A stretch of DNA of 64,000 nucleotides from Prorocentrum cordatum (GCA_963575745.1 CAUYUJ010000210.1:1-64000), one strand, 5' to 3'. Shown: positions 24,751-37,749, counted from the stretch's first letter. The notes: generated by a model from the sequence alone, not told the origin. Numbers and translations are program-made.

Positions 24751-26484
24751 CTGTAAGAGATCTGTGCCAGCTTCCCAAAAGTTTTTGGGGAAAACAAGCC
24801 TGGGCCAAGTTCTACTGTGCCGACTGAAGGGGCGACCGTGCTCAAGCAACTGGGCCAGATCCCTGGCAGGCTGGCTGGGAGACGCTGGCCCAGCATTTCG
24901 GGAGGAGGCTCCTTAAGCCGATGCCCGACTGCATCCCGACTCCCTGTTGCCCATGATGGCCGTGGTAGGAGAGCCAGGTCTCGACCGTCACGGGGGCCCG
25001 CGGGGGTCCCCACAGAGCCCCAGACAACGGACGCATGGCCTCACCGCACGCCTCCTCTCCGTTCCGGGAAAAAAAAAGGGAGGAGTGGTGCTAGCCAGCG
25101 TGGGTTCCAAACGCGGTGTTTCTAGCCAAAAATGGTGCGCAGTCTTCGTGGAACAAGAGATATGCGTGGTGCGACCTGCGTCGCGCAATTCCCTTCGACT
25201 TCCTCGCGCGCGACCATCCCCCACGCTCGCGCACTGTCCACCCCTCCATCCACCCGCAACTTGGTTTGCAAAACCCATGCGGCGGCGAGTGCGGCGGCTG
25301 TTCGGCGCTGGCTGGTGCACCGCTGCTGCCGCGCAAACGCGCAAGCTGGGGCGCAGAGCGCCCAGCTAACCTGGCGCGACCGACGCGGCCGCGGTAGCGC
25401 TGACCGCTGGGAACTTCCCAACGCGTCTCGCAGGCCACGCTGACGCACGGGCACATCAGTGCGAGTCGGTAACTCGGTCGGGCGCGGTACCATGACGACG
25501 TCGACAACGGCACACAGGATGATGGTAGTAGTGGTGCTGGTGGCGATGGCGACAATGACGACAGCACGGGCAATGACGGCGCCGATGCTGATCATGCCGA
25601 TGGCGATGATGCCATCCTCGCGTCGGTGATGAAGGTGTTGGGAAGATTTCAACATGCGCGCGCGGTCGGCGCGCGCGACTGGCCCGCATGGTATTATTTG
25701 GCTGGTTTCGTCCCCCCTCGCACGCGCGCAAGGGCGTTCGAATGATTTGGACATGTGCGCGCAAGAAGCACGTTTGGTAACATGTTAAAACCACGTGTTT
25801 GTTTTGTAGTGCTAAACATATAAATAAAAAAGGAACAGACGTGGGCGCGAGCGCACATTTGTTTGAACATTCGCGCTGCGAAAACACTGGTGTTTGACGG
25901 GTTTTCGGGACACTCGATTTCGAATCCCTTCAGACACGCCGGGTGTTTGAAGAATTTATGCATGTACGCGCGATGCCGCCCGCGTGTGGACGTTGTCTCA
26001 TTTCTTGCATGAGGATCGCCCCCCAGCAAGAGCAGAAGGGCGTTCGAATGAGTTCGGCATGCGCGCGCGGGAGGCCTGCTTGACCGCGTGTGCTGAACAG
26101 GTTGCTAACAAATCGCAAGACCGCGCGCAGACTTCTGATGAACATTAATCAAGTTGGAAAACCATTGGTATGTAATTTGTTGCTGGGAACCTCGGTCATG
26201 CAATCTTTATGAAGTCTGAGGTACTTGAAACATTTCGGCATGCGTGCGCGACGACGCGCGCGTGAGGACCTCGTTTCTTTCCCTACCAAGGATTAGTGTC
26301 ATTGTTGATTGGTGTTCTACGAGCGCGCGCTGAATATTATTTGACGAGGATGATGGAGGGGGCGATACTGGCTGGGCATGGAAAGAATGAGCTAATATTT
26401 TAAATGAACGATAGGGCAGAATCGCACGTTAATCATATGATCCCAGGGAATATCGATCAGGGGAGGTCCGAATTTCTTCTTTGA

Positions 26485-26795
26485 AAGGCGACGGGGCGGC
26501 GACGGCGAACACGGCGACGCCAGACTGGCAATCAGGCCCAGACGACGGGCGGCGACGAGGCGGCGATGTGACGGCGAGCACGGGGCTGCCAGATTGACAC
26601 CATGCGGCGACGAGGCGGCGACGGGGCGGCGACGGCGAGCACGGAGCCACCGGACCAACATTCAGGGCCAGACGACGGGTGGCGACGAGGCGGCGACGAC
26701 GAGCACGGAGCCGCCAGATCGACACCATGCGGCGACGAAGCGGCGACGGGGCGGCGACGGCGAGCACGGAGCCGCCAGACCGACATTCAGGGCCA
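26485..26795. repeat. ~125-bp tandem repeat rich in GGCGAC
   Basis: GGCGACGGGGCGGCGACGGCGA(A/G)CACGG recurs at ~26488, 26618 and 26742. Confidence 0.8.
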
Positions 26796-27139
26796 GTTGT
26801 TGGAGAAAAGAAATAAGAACCCCAAAATCAAAGCACTGCTTGGGGAGTAAGGAAATAAGCTGAAGAAAAAGGAATCGAAGTACAAACCAAAAACACGGCG
26901 TAAGATTGTTTGGCCAATCCGCCGACCCCTCGTGGGTTTCTAGGCGCGTGAAATTTTCCCTCCCCCATAATCCCCCCCCAGGGACCCCAAACTGGCAATC
27001 CCCCCCCCGGGCCCGGCCGGACCCCGGACCGAACGCGTCACAAGGCTCCACAGCTCGCCAAAAAAGGTACCAAAACTCGCCAAAAAGGTACCAAAACGCT
27101 CCCGGGACGGCCCCCGAGACCAACCACGATTCGCCGACA

Positions 27140-27620
27140 TAGCGCCCCCCTGACGCCCACGATGGCCTCCAGGCGGTCTCCGAAGCTGCCGAGACGCCCC
27201 AAAAAGGCCCCTAAGATGCGCCCCGAGAGGGTCGCAAGCAACAAAAATCGGCCCATTTCCTTCGAAAACCGCGCGTTACTCCGCATGCTCGCCTACTCGG
27301 CAATCGCAACGTCCACAACAGGCAAAGAAACCTTCAACATCGCTCCCAGACGGCCGAAGGGGCCCCAAAGCGGGGTCGCTGAGGGTCCAACCGCAGCCCA
27401 CGAAGCCCCCAAGACAGCCCAAGAGGGCCCCCAGACGGCCCCAACACGGAGTCCACCGGGCACATGTTCGAGCCTTCGGCTCCAAGACGCTCCCAGCCTG
27501 CTCCAGGAACACCCCAAAAAGGGCCTGCGGGACCTCCCAGAAAACCTCCGAGGCCTCCAAGAAGCCACGAGGAGGTCCCCAAGAGGCCCCAAAACTACCT
27601 GCAAGACGACCCCGTCAGGC
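27140..27620. repeat. Degenerate CCAAGA(C/G)GGCC repeat family (related blocks at 58460-58945 and, inverted, ~41800-42370)
   Basis: Shared GATGGCCTCCAG and CCAAGAGGCCCC-type units. Confidence 0.7.
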
Positions 27621-29121
27621 CTCGCACGAGACCTTCTTCACCCTCCGTGTGGCCGCCGACCTGTGCACCGGGCAATGTGGCGGGATGCGCCGCGCCCCAT
27701 TCGACAACGAGTCGTCCAGTTTTTGGACCGCCGCATGCCGTCTATGGGCGCGGGTGTTGACAGGTGTTTTCCCCAAATCGTCACTCCTCCTTCTCCTCCT
27801 CCTCCGATGACCCTCCTCCGCCTCTCCCCCATCCTCCCCCTCTTTCTCCTCCTCCTCCGCCTTATCCTGTTTGGTGCCATGTCACCATCTCCGCGTCTCA
27901 TCATCAACACCATCACCACCAGCATCATCATCGCCATCACCCGCACCATGACCACCGCCATCACCATCACCACCACCACGGATCACCATCACCACCGCAA
28001 CGGATCACTGCCTTGTCACGTGTCTGGACACATGTGATGCAATCCGCATCCGCCAAACCCATTCGGGGCCTCCAGACGTGTAAGATTTGTCCCGTGAACG
28101 GCCCCACATGCCCGCGGACTCGCTCGGGGATGGCCCCGAAGAGCCTCGAGCCCGCCCACCCAAAGAAACAAGACAACACAAGTACGCCCCAGGACAGCAA
28201 CACGACATCCCCAAGACGATCAAGGGGTCGGCGGATGCGGCGTAAGCCTATAGAATATTCAGCTCCAAGATGACCCTCACCAGGCCCCAGGATCGTCAAC
28301 AAACAGGTCGGGACGAAAAACCCGCCCTGAAGAAGGGGTCTATAAACCCCTGCGGGCCCCCGCTGTGAGAAAATGCGCGACGTCGGAGATCTCGGCCGTT
28401 CCTCCTGGACCCCCTTTCTTCAGGCTCGGGGTCCAGAACTCACCCCCAGACCTGTCCTGGGGTGCGACGGGGCCAACTGTCTCGAGAGGAACACGGCCGT
28501 GGCGACAGGGACGCTCTGGAGAAGCCCGGGATGGAGGCAAAACCTAAAAGGCCTCAAATGGCGCGTAGGCGAAATCGAATCGGATGGGCTGCGCAGGGAT
28601 GCACAATGGAGCCATGCGAACATAAGGCCGCATCGGATCGTGAGCATACCGGACTCGGATCGGATCGAGCCCCCAAGACAGATATCGAATCGGATCGGTC
28701 GGATCCAAGTGGACTCTGGCATTGTGGCCCGAGGCACGTGCGCAAACCAAGGGGGCCCTGCCATCCGCCGATGTGACTTCCTCCATCCGCGGGCCCGGAG
28801 AGCCCCACCGCCTCCCCAGGGGTCTCGTTGCGTCCGAGATCCAGTTCTGCGGGCCCCAGGGGCCCAGCAGCGGCCACGACGCCTGGTTGAAACAAAAATC
28901 CCAGCAAAGCAGTTCAGTAGCATCGAAGGTGAAGAGGCGGGTTGAGGAGTAATAGGTCGGCTGTAGGGGACAGGCGTGAGAGAACGGCCATGTGCACCGT
29001 AGTGTATTTTTCACTAGGGACCGTGGCCGTCTGGACCTGAAATGCAGCCGGCATTGAGCCGAGAGCACGATTGCCGAGCAGTCGTGGTCCTCTCACCTCC
29101 ATCAGATTGGCGGCGAGCACA

Positions 29122-29262
29122 AGGGGGGAAGGGGAGGGGGGAAGGTTTCGTAGAAGGAGGCTGCTTCTTAGAAGGCGCTGGCCCTGCATGTGTAGATAAG
29201 GCCTACGCCTTCTAACTTCTAACAAGCAGGGGTGCTTCTAAGAAGCCTTCCCCCTTCCCCTT
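29122..29262. mobile_element. MITE-like family E, copy 1 (CTTCTTAGAAG / CTTCTAAGAAG palindromic units)
   Basis: GGGGGAAGG..TAGAAG pairs with CTTCTAAGAAGCCTTCCCCC. Second copy at 49516-49663; looser relatives at ~7340-7430, 8030-8095 and 14610-14690. Confidence 0.7.
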
Positions 29263-29530
29263 ACACCCATCTGCGCGAGGCCGAATCAAAGAGCCCTCGA
29301 GCCAAACGCGATTAGGGAGCGCATCGTCGGGGATCTGGAGGGGGGACCAGCAAGCGCACTGGAGGAAGAAGAACTCGTATTTGTCCTCTCCGGGGTAGCG
29401 GTCGTTATCCAGTACCCGGGGAAGGGGGGTTCGGGCGGGAGGGGTAATGGCAACGGCGGCCGGGGCGTGCACCCGCCAGGGTGCGTCCGCGCCACTGGCG
29501 CATCAGTCGCCTGTGTGCACCAAAGCATGT

Positions 29531-29723
29531 TACGGCAGGTTCGTGTCGTGCCGACCCTGGCGTTGGTTTCTGACACCGCGGGGATCGTTCAACCTTGAAC
29601 GATCGGCCGTTTCCGAAACGTCCAAATCGTTCCACATCGAACGATTCTGGGTCGCCCGCGGCGTTCCAGGTGGAACGCCGCTGGCGGGGTCGCCGCCGGT
29701 CGACACGACGCAAACCTACCGTA
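29531..29723. mobile_element. MITE family A, copy 2
   Basis: Colinear with 4316-4507, same TACGG...CCGTA termini, unrelated flanks. Confidence 0.9.
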
Positions 29724-29787
29724 GGGGGGGGGGGGTGCAGGCCACCCCCCAAATCACGATCGCTGGCGCTGCGTTGCCCGTGTTGGG

Positions 29788-30011
29788 CGCCCGAGTTATC
29801 CGGGGTAACTCGGGTCCGGGGTAACTCGGGTTTGGATTCCCGAAAAAGGAACCCGAGTTAGCCCTGACCCGAGTTACCCCTGATGATTCGGGGCTCTGGA
29901 CGCCCGAGTTATCCGGGGTAACTCGGGTCCGGGGTAACTCGGGTTTGGATTCCCGAAAAAGGAACCCGAGTTATCCCTGACCCGAGTTACCCCTGATGAT
30001 TCGGGGCTCTG
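29788..30011. mobile_element. Head-to-tail dimer of a 113-bp foldback element (GGGTAACTCGGG / CCCGAGTTA units)
   Basis: Units start at 29788 and 29901 and differ at about one position; each has ~45-bp imperfect inverted arms. Confidence 0.85.
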
Positions 30012-31629
30012 ACCGTGGGTGGGCGGGAGGCCTGGCCCGGGTAGCGAGCGTCACCCTGCAGGACGGCGGGGGGGGGCCGTGACGTCCGGGAGATGCCACG
30101 GCCCGGCGGCGGGCGTCCAGCGGGAGGCCACGAGCGAGGAGCGCGTCCGTGTCTGCGCCCTGCACTGCATCCGGGGAGTCCCGACGACGAGTTTTGGACG
30201 CGCTTCCCCACTAGAGTTTCGCTCGAGGGTCCTCGAGAGAGCAAGGAGGATTGAGCAATCCAAGAGTGGAGACGGGGAGCCCCATGCCGCCCTGTCCAGC
30301 CGCAGTCTCGCCGGAGCCGCACGTCCCTGCAATCTGTTCAGGAATCGTGCTCTCGCCCAAATGCCAGCTAAATGCAAGCTCTCGCCTCTCGACTCAATGC
30401 CAGCGGTCCAGATGCCCACGATCTTCATGTTTTCTGTATGATATGTAAGATGTTACCGTTTTGTCTTATATCCAAAAATATGGCCGCATCTCGAACTCCT
30501 ACACTTCGACCCGCCTCTTCGTCGTTGCTGCTACGAAGGTGTCTTGCTTGGGTGTTCTGCCTCTGGGGCCGCGGGACAGGCAGAGAAACGACTCGGGATG
30601 GGACGCTGGCCCAGAAGAAAGAGGCTAGATCCCTGGGGACCCCCGCGTCCCGCACAAAAACCGCCACGGCGGAGGAGAGGGCCGCGGTCTGGACCCCGCA
30701 GCGCGGTCCCCGCGGGCGCGCTCTGCGCGGGGACATCCGCACAACCGCACAAGAGGCCTCCCCACACACCGACGAGGGTCGCGGCCCAGGACAGCCTGGA
30801 CGTTTCCCGCCCGCGAGGAAGGAGGGGCGCCGCCGACCACGAAGGGAGTGACCACACTCGACATGCAACGAGAAAAGGAGGGAGGGGCACTTCGAGGGGT
30901 AAACGTCGAGGTCCTCACCGACCCTCCCCACGCGACGTTCCTCCCTCTCGTGGCCCAAGGCCTGCGCCTCCTCCGCCGTCAGGCAGCGCCAAGCCCCTCA
31001 CCGCTTCGACCGCCGGTTCCTCCCTCTGTTGCGCCGAGGAAGGACAGGGCGGCAGGCGATCCTCAAGGGGGGGAGGAACGAAACGAACGAAACCTTTGGT
31101 GCGTATCCGGGGTGCTACACAGGCAGAGCATCAGGACGGGCCCCTGCGACCGAACTCTGCGAGGCGAGCCAGACGAGCCCGCCCAGAGAGACGCAGGTTT
31201 TCGGGCCCCTGTCTACTGCCCGACGAGAGGACGACAGGGTGATGCGAACGAGGGAGTGGGCAGGCGGGTCGGCCTGGTGAGAGCGAGCAGAGAGAGAGAG
31301 AGAAAGAGAGAAAGAGAGAGAGAAAAACACAAAAGAGAGAGAGAGAGAGAGAGAGGGCCCGCCCTGAAGGTTCGGTGCACGGCACACCCACACCTTTGAG
31401 CGGTGCTACGACCCCCCCCCCCCCCCTGAACCAGCGGACAGGCAAGTCGCGCCTGCAACAGGATGGGGCGGAGGAGGATAAGGAGGAGCCGAGGAAGAGC
31501 AGAAGGAGCGGGCGGGCTCTGGGGGTGATGGGGTCTCCAGGGACGCCTAGAGGAGCAAAGGCGGATGAGGAAGACGAGGACAAGTCCGAGGGTGACAAAG
31601 AAGAGGAGGAGGAGGAGGAGGAGGAGTAC

Positions 31630-32860
31630 AGTACAGTACTCAAGCCCTTCAAGACCACCCACTGACTGTTATGTTCTGGCTCGGGCTGGGGCTCGATAGA
31701 CATTGCTACGCCACCCATTTCGACAACTCGCCATGCTGGCAACCATGCTGCTACCGCAACACCTTACAACATGCTGAATCTACTGCGCATACAACAGCTG
31801 CTCTGACACACGAAGAGTAGAATACAGAGAGACAGGAACACCACTGAAATGCAATACACCGCGCACGTGTGCGACATGACTAAGGAAAACATGCAACTGC
31901 GAGCGATACACATGCAAAAAGAAGATTACGGAGGCGCGGGCAGCAGGCTGATGGCCTGCAGGAAGCGGCCCAGCGCGAGGGCGCGGCCGCAGGTTTGACT
32001 CACTCACTTACTTATTGCCCCCCCCCCCCTGCGTTTCCCGCCAAGCTGGCGGGCCATGCTGTTGCGAGGGGCTCGATTCATTTTCACGTCTCCCCCCATC
32101 CCCCGCAGAGCCTCGCTGATCAACTGTTCGACTGGAATCCAGAGCCCTGGGATCTGCATCATCTCTGACGGGACCTCCACTGGGCTGATCATGAGGCCTT
32201 TCACGGGGATGTTGGGATCCTCGGGGTTCTCCTTGAGCTTGGCCTCTAGCTCGGCCGCGACCCCGCCCTCGCGCGGAAGGAGCACGTTGCCGTGCAGCGC
32301 GAACGCAATGCGACTCTGCGGCGTCACCCCTGGCTTGTCGCACGCGGGGAGCGCCACTAACTCCCGAATCCACGATGCCACCTGAACTGGTACCGATCGT
32401 CCCATCATGAGCGCAAGCCTCTCGCAGCCTGCTACGACCGCTTTCATCCGCGGTGAAGAATCCTTGAAGCTGTAGTTCTCAATAACGGCTAGAAGTGCGA
32501 AAAGGGCTTAGGACGCGGGGCCTGCGAGCTCCTGCTTGCCTTTGGCCTTCTCCTCCTTGGTGCTCTTGACGTAGTCCTGGAAGGAGTTGTTGATGGCCTC
32601 GATCGCTGCGGACTTGCGACCGACGATCGCGGTGGAGAAGGCTGCGTTCTCGAGGCTCCTGACCCTGGCCTCGAGCTGGATCAGAAGGGCGTCCCTGGTG
32701 GAGCTCTTGTCGTGCAGCTCGTCTTCCTCCTCCACGTCGCCCCCATCCGTCCCGGCCTGCTTCTGCTGCGGCCCTGGTCCCCCCAGCAAGCTCAGCGCGC
32801 GTGGTCTCACCAGTCCCGAGCTTGACCCTGCGCCCTCCATCAAGACGAACGTGAAACTTG

Positions 32861-32891
<31 letters not shown>

Positions 32892-35800
32892 CTCACGCAC
32901 ATGAAGAAAAAGGTGCTCGAGATATGCGTCTACGGATTCAAGCTCTTCCAGACAGATGCGGCACTTCATGTTGGATATTTCTTGAACTGCATTATCATAT
33001 CTACCACGACTATAGGGGCAATATTGTCTGATCAAGCTCTTCTTTGTGTGTTGTTGTGCTACTGTGCGGTCACGAAAAACACTCCCACATATGGTGCACG
33101 TGTTGGTCGGGGTACAGATCCTTGCTACATGTAGTTGACCATGAGTACCACCTTTTGTAGAGGCTATGTGTGCTATTAATTGTTTTCTGGTGGCCCATCG
33201 GGCGCAGCATTGTGCCCCGTCGTCCAGAAACTCTCGGCAGACGAAATCACCTTCGACCCCATCCGCTTGAGTAGCTGCGCTGGTGGCAGCTGGCGAGAGA
33301 AGGAAATGAGCGCGCAGCTGTCCGACATCAAGTGCTTGAAATTATTCGCTGATGCCGGGGTCAAACATAATGGCATCAAGGCGACCCTCTGCCTGCAATA
33401 AAAGATCCTCGCCAGGCTCTATGGCCCCAAGAGAGTCTATGTCCTGCTGAAGCTGAACGGCCCATGGGTGCTTCTGAGGAGGAACACGACCTTCTAGTAA
33501 CACATCTCCATCTACTGCCATAGAGCCTAGCATAGCGGCCCAAAACTAGCCATGCAACTCTCTGGCTTTGCTTAATTCCTGATACCACTTAAGTCGTCGT
33601 AATCTAAGCTCGAGAGATAGAGGCCCCACTCCGACCTTCTTGAGGACCTGATAAGACGTGAGCGACTTTGCGTGCCCCGACTCCCAAGTGCAGGTCCCAG
33701 CCAGAATAGCCCTACACTTGTGCACGACGAACGTTTCGAGAACCCGGATATCCCTCGGCGAAAGGGGCCCTTTGGACTTGGCCCGGACTTCCATCCCAGA
33801 GAGAGCATTGTTGATCAAGAGGCCTTTCACAAGATTCACCTTGAGCTTCCAAGGCGCGGTCGAGAGCCAGAAATTTCCCATCGTATAATAACTTACTCGG
33901 AGCGACTCCAAGTCGCTTCCCAACTTCGGGAGCAGGCGGAAAAGTTGATGAAAGATGCCCTCCGAGGTATCGCGCGTGATGTCGGCACGCTCCTGCGATA
34001 TTCTTGCACTCGCCGCGATGCAAGAACCTCGTTAAATTATGAGCGCCCGTGCCTGCAAGAAATACGACGTTCTCCTGGTTGGAAACGGTTTGCACTGCTC
34101 CCACCTCTCCCATCCCGCCTGATACTGCTTCGTTCTCGGCTGCTGATCCTGCTGCTAGCTGCTGAATAGCGCCCCCATTCCCGATCTCCAGTACTTTGTT
34201 GGCGATGTCGTCGACAAAACCTGTGAGCGCAACTTGCCGCGCGTCCACGCCGTGCTCGTCCCACGGGAGCCGTGCCTCGACAGCTACGTGCCGCCCGTGC
34301 GTGCAGAACTGATCGGCAACGTGCTGCATCATTGGCTGAGAAAACGACCGCACAAATAGTAGAGTAGCTCCAGTACCTCCAGGAAATACACCTGTCCCAG
34401 GACGAAGCCAGAAACACCCTGATTCATCTTGAAGTTTAAACACACCCCTGGTAATCCGATCTTCGATAACCCGAGGTCTTCGAACATATAGATCGTATCT
34501 GCGGAATCAAGTACAACATAATGCTTGAGCGAACAACAACGCGTTTGACGCATCATGGCATCGTAGCACATGTGATACTCCTCCTTTCTGCATTCGGTAG
34601 CTGCTGATGATCTGGACTGCCATGGCTGTCTCACGACGCCGACGCTTTAGGCCACCATAGACCCAATCTGGAGGAGTCCAGGGATTGAGTTTTCGGTGAA
34701 GGGCTCCTGCATTGAAATTCCTTCCCCGGGTGCACATAACCATGATGATTCGTTCTCAGTCGCAGTCCAGCTTACCATTCTTGGGTAGCCTGGCCGCCTG
34801 AGCAGCATGCCAGGCAACGGGCGTGCGCCTCCAACGCCGACAGGCAACAAGTAGCTTCTTGAGAAGTTCTGCAGAACGATTCTCTGGAAGCTCCACTTCT
34901 CCGAGTCCAATGCCTGCTCGCGCTCTGGGTCGTCGATCATTGACCCGTGTCGGGCGAAAAAGAAAACGCAATAATTCTGGTGGGCAAGGCCATTCGGGCC
35001 AGGTTCTCCACAACCTAAGCTTCCAGACTGCCCGAGACATTGATTCGACATCTTCCACAGCCAAACCGATGGCCTCGAGTTCTTGCCTGGGTTCCCGAGG
35101 GAGGTCCTGCACTTCTCGCTGAATGGTCTCCAGGGGAGGACTCCGTGGCGGAGCAGCCGCCCCCCCTAGACGAGAGCTTCATACGTTCGGCCCACGTCGA
35201 GGCCGAGGCTGCAGACTGAGGTAGAGCACGGTACTGTCTCCTGCGGGGCCCTCGCCCTTTGCCGGCCAGCACGCGGGATAATGTATGTGCCACGTAGTAG
35301 TTGCGCTGCTCGAGAGCTTGCTCTAGTTCGGCTACCCGCCTGTTGCGAACGCCCTCCCAGTATTTCCGAGCCGCACCCCTGAGTTGGCGACTGGGTTGCT
35401 TGATCGCGTCGGTCATTTGCTGGGCGACATAATCGCTAGTGGACCTGCCAAGCAGTTCACGCTGTCGTCTTCGCTGCTGCAATAATACACCCAATAGCTG
35501 TGCGCTAGCAAGTCTCTCCTCCGTGCACAGCGGGGAGTTAGTAAACGCTTCGCAGGCTGCTGAATTGAGCACTCTCATTAAAGTAGAGTTCATGTCGTCC
35601 ACTTTGCCCTCCTCGTACATCCTCTTGAAATCCTCCATTACCTCCTCCGCCTTCTGATTCACTACATTGATGAACCCCTCCCGCTTAAAACCGCGATTGG
35701 GCCGAGCTGGCCGCTCGGGAAGAGGAGGGGTGGAGGCGATGACGTGTGCAACTAGTACAACTGGCCTGTGGTCCCTGGCTGAAGCCGTCTGGTGCAATTG

Positions 35801-36675
35801 CAGTCGCCTGGCGCTTCCAGCGTGAATTTGGCAACTTTCATCTGCGGGAAGAAGAGCGCGAGGGACCCCCACATGCTCGATGTGACTTTCTCCCGTCTCA
35901 CCGACGTAGGAGGCAACATTCGGGAAGAAGGTGTTCGCGGCAGAGAGGTCCCAGGCCTGCAGCACGGGGCGGATCGCAGCAGAGGCGGGGCAGGGGTTGC
36001 CGACGCCGTGTTCTCCTGCAACATAGTCATCTTCAAAGTGCCTGAGACCTCCATTGAAGTCCATGTACAATAGGGGAAGTGCATGCTTGCTGTCTAGAAA
36101 CCAGCGTATTCTGCAACCATGCCACGAGGGAGGTGACAGTTTTGTCGTATACCTGCTTCTGTCCCGTCTTAGAAACACGAGGTGGAAAACACAGCCCAAT
36201 CATACCAAACGCTTGCTCCTGTTGCCTGACTAGAAGACATCCTGCTCTTCCCCACAGCTGCCTGGGTACTGGCAGAATTCGTTTTACAGCATGCTTCGGG
36301 AACCGACTCTTCTTCAACAGTATAGAAATCCTTCACGATGGTGTGACCAGCGGACCTCTTTTGTAACCGAACTGATAACATCAAAACGAATCCACAAATC
36401 TTTCTGGATCGACAAGCTCGCCTGTGCTGCGCAACTGCGTCCCGCCTAGCACGATGGCGCCGTGGGAGGGGCACTCGGCGGCTATGTCTGCAATCCTGGC
36501 GACGCGGGAGGCCGCGCAGGGGTTGAAGCCAACGAATCGAAATAATCCAGCGTTCATGAGCGAGTCGACCTCGGGCATGCCGCCGCCATGACTGCCAGGC
36601 GTGAGAGCCCTGTCGAGTGTGAGATCTGAGTGTGGCGTGAGGTGGATCTCGCTCTCTCATCACCCGGGCCACCTG
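31630..36675 (-). mobile_element. Degenerate non-LTR retrotransposon: APE endonuclease - RT - zinc fingers, followed by a downstream ORF
   Basis: Endonuclease: FVGFNP..IVLGGTQ (~36540-36430), LYMDFNG (~36060), SHIEHV, RDHRPV (~35765). RT: DASNA (~34545), GVFPG (~34390), GFVDD (34207-34221), ARYLGG. C-terminal: THG..TNTCTICGSVF..QQH..YC and CRICLEELESVDAYLEHLFLH (33150-32900). Many frameshifts; (GAG)n on + at both ends. Confidence 0.88.
32004..32840 (-). pseudogene. ~279-codon ORF of unknown function directly 3' of the RT ORF, with one in-frame TAA at 32508-32510
   Basis: MEGAGSSSG..LLIQLEARVRSLENAAF..GPAS*ALFALLAVIENYSFKDSSPRMKAVV..RAPRNSMARQLGGKRRGGGAISK reads in a single frame joining ORF-track entries 32508-33035 and 32004-32447. 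Confidence 0.7.
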
Positions 36676-37749
36676 CAGGAGGAGGAGGAGGAGGAGGACG
36701 ACGATGAGGAGGAGGAGGAGGAGGTGGAGGAGGAAGAGGAGGAGGAGCCGGCGAAGCCCGAAGAGGCACGCTTAAGGACAAGCAACACTGGACGACGACG
36801 ACGACGACGACGACGACGACCGACGACGACGACGACGACGACGAGGCTGGGAGGCCGAGCGCCGGGCATCGTCCACTCCGACAGAGCTCCTCCTGAACGT
36901 CTTGGACACCACCTTCGGAAAGGTGGGAAGTGGCAGGAAGGCAAGGACGGGGCGGAGGGCGAGGAGAGGGGGGAAGAAGGTGGAGAGGGAAGGTGGGGGA
37001 GGGGAGGGGTGGGAGGGGGACGGAGAGGGGCGGAGGGGATGGATGGGAAAGGAGGGGGGGCGAGCGGAGGGGAGGAATGGTAGGAGAGGGGCGGGGTGGG
37101 GGAAGGGAAAGGGGACGGGAAGGGGGGGTCGGATCGGATAGGACCGATCGCGGAAAGTATGTAGCCAAGTCACTACCCCTGCGAATGAGCATCCGACTCA
37201 GCCCAAGGAAGAGGCTACAGGGTTCTGCTGGTATGTAGACAGCGAGGGGGGGGCGGAGGCGAGCGTCGACTGAGGAACAGAGCACGGCACACATGTAACT
37301 TCTTGGGGGTCCGCACGGACCGCTGAGAAAGAATGTGTCTGCAATGTTTGTCGTGCTCAAATGTATCGGCTACACGCAAAAGTGACCCTGGGCAGCAACA
37401 GTGACCATTGGTGCGCGGCTTTTGGGGGGCCGCAGGGGGGGGGGGGGGGGGGGGGCAGACCCGAGCGCGCAAGACGCTGCTACCGCCTCGCGGTCGGTGA
37501 TCAGGGGGCCCCAATGGGCCCGCACCACCAAAGGTCACTGCTGCAGAGGGTCACTCCTGCGCGTAGTCGAATGCAGAGCGAGGGGGGCGCGGGCGAGCGT
37601 CGAGGGAGAGCGCGGGCCACCGCGACGGCTGCCCGCTGGGCCGAGAGACACGGGCGCGGTCGCCGGACGAGTGGCAGCCCCTCGGAGCAGGCAGGCCACA
37701 CAGGGGCGGCACGGGCGGCGCGGGCAGCACGGGCGAGCGAGGGGACCTG

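Noticed and set aside
25120..25137. Possible SL relics (CCATTTTTGGCTAG here; GTCGCCATTTTCGC at ~10445-10460)
   Set aside because: Partial matches only, with no downstream retrocopy-like ORF; compatible with chance.
32863..32891. (TA)n as the true 3' tail of LINE 2
   Set aside because: Possible, but no stop or UTR separates it from the zinc finger, and coding-like sequence continues beyond it. Kept only as the alternative to the downstream-ORF finding.
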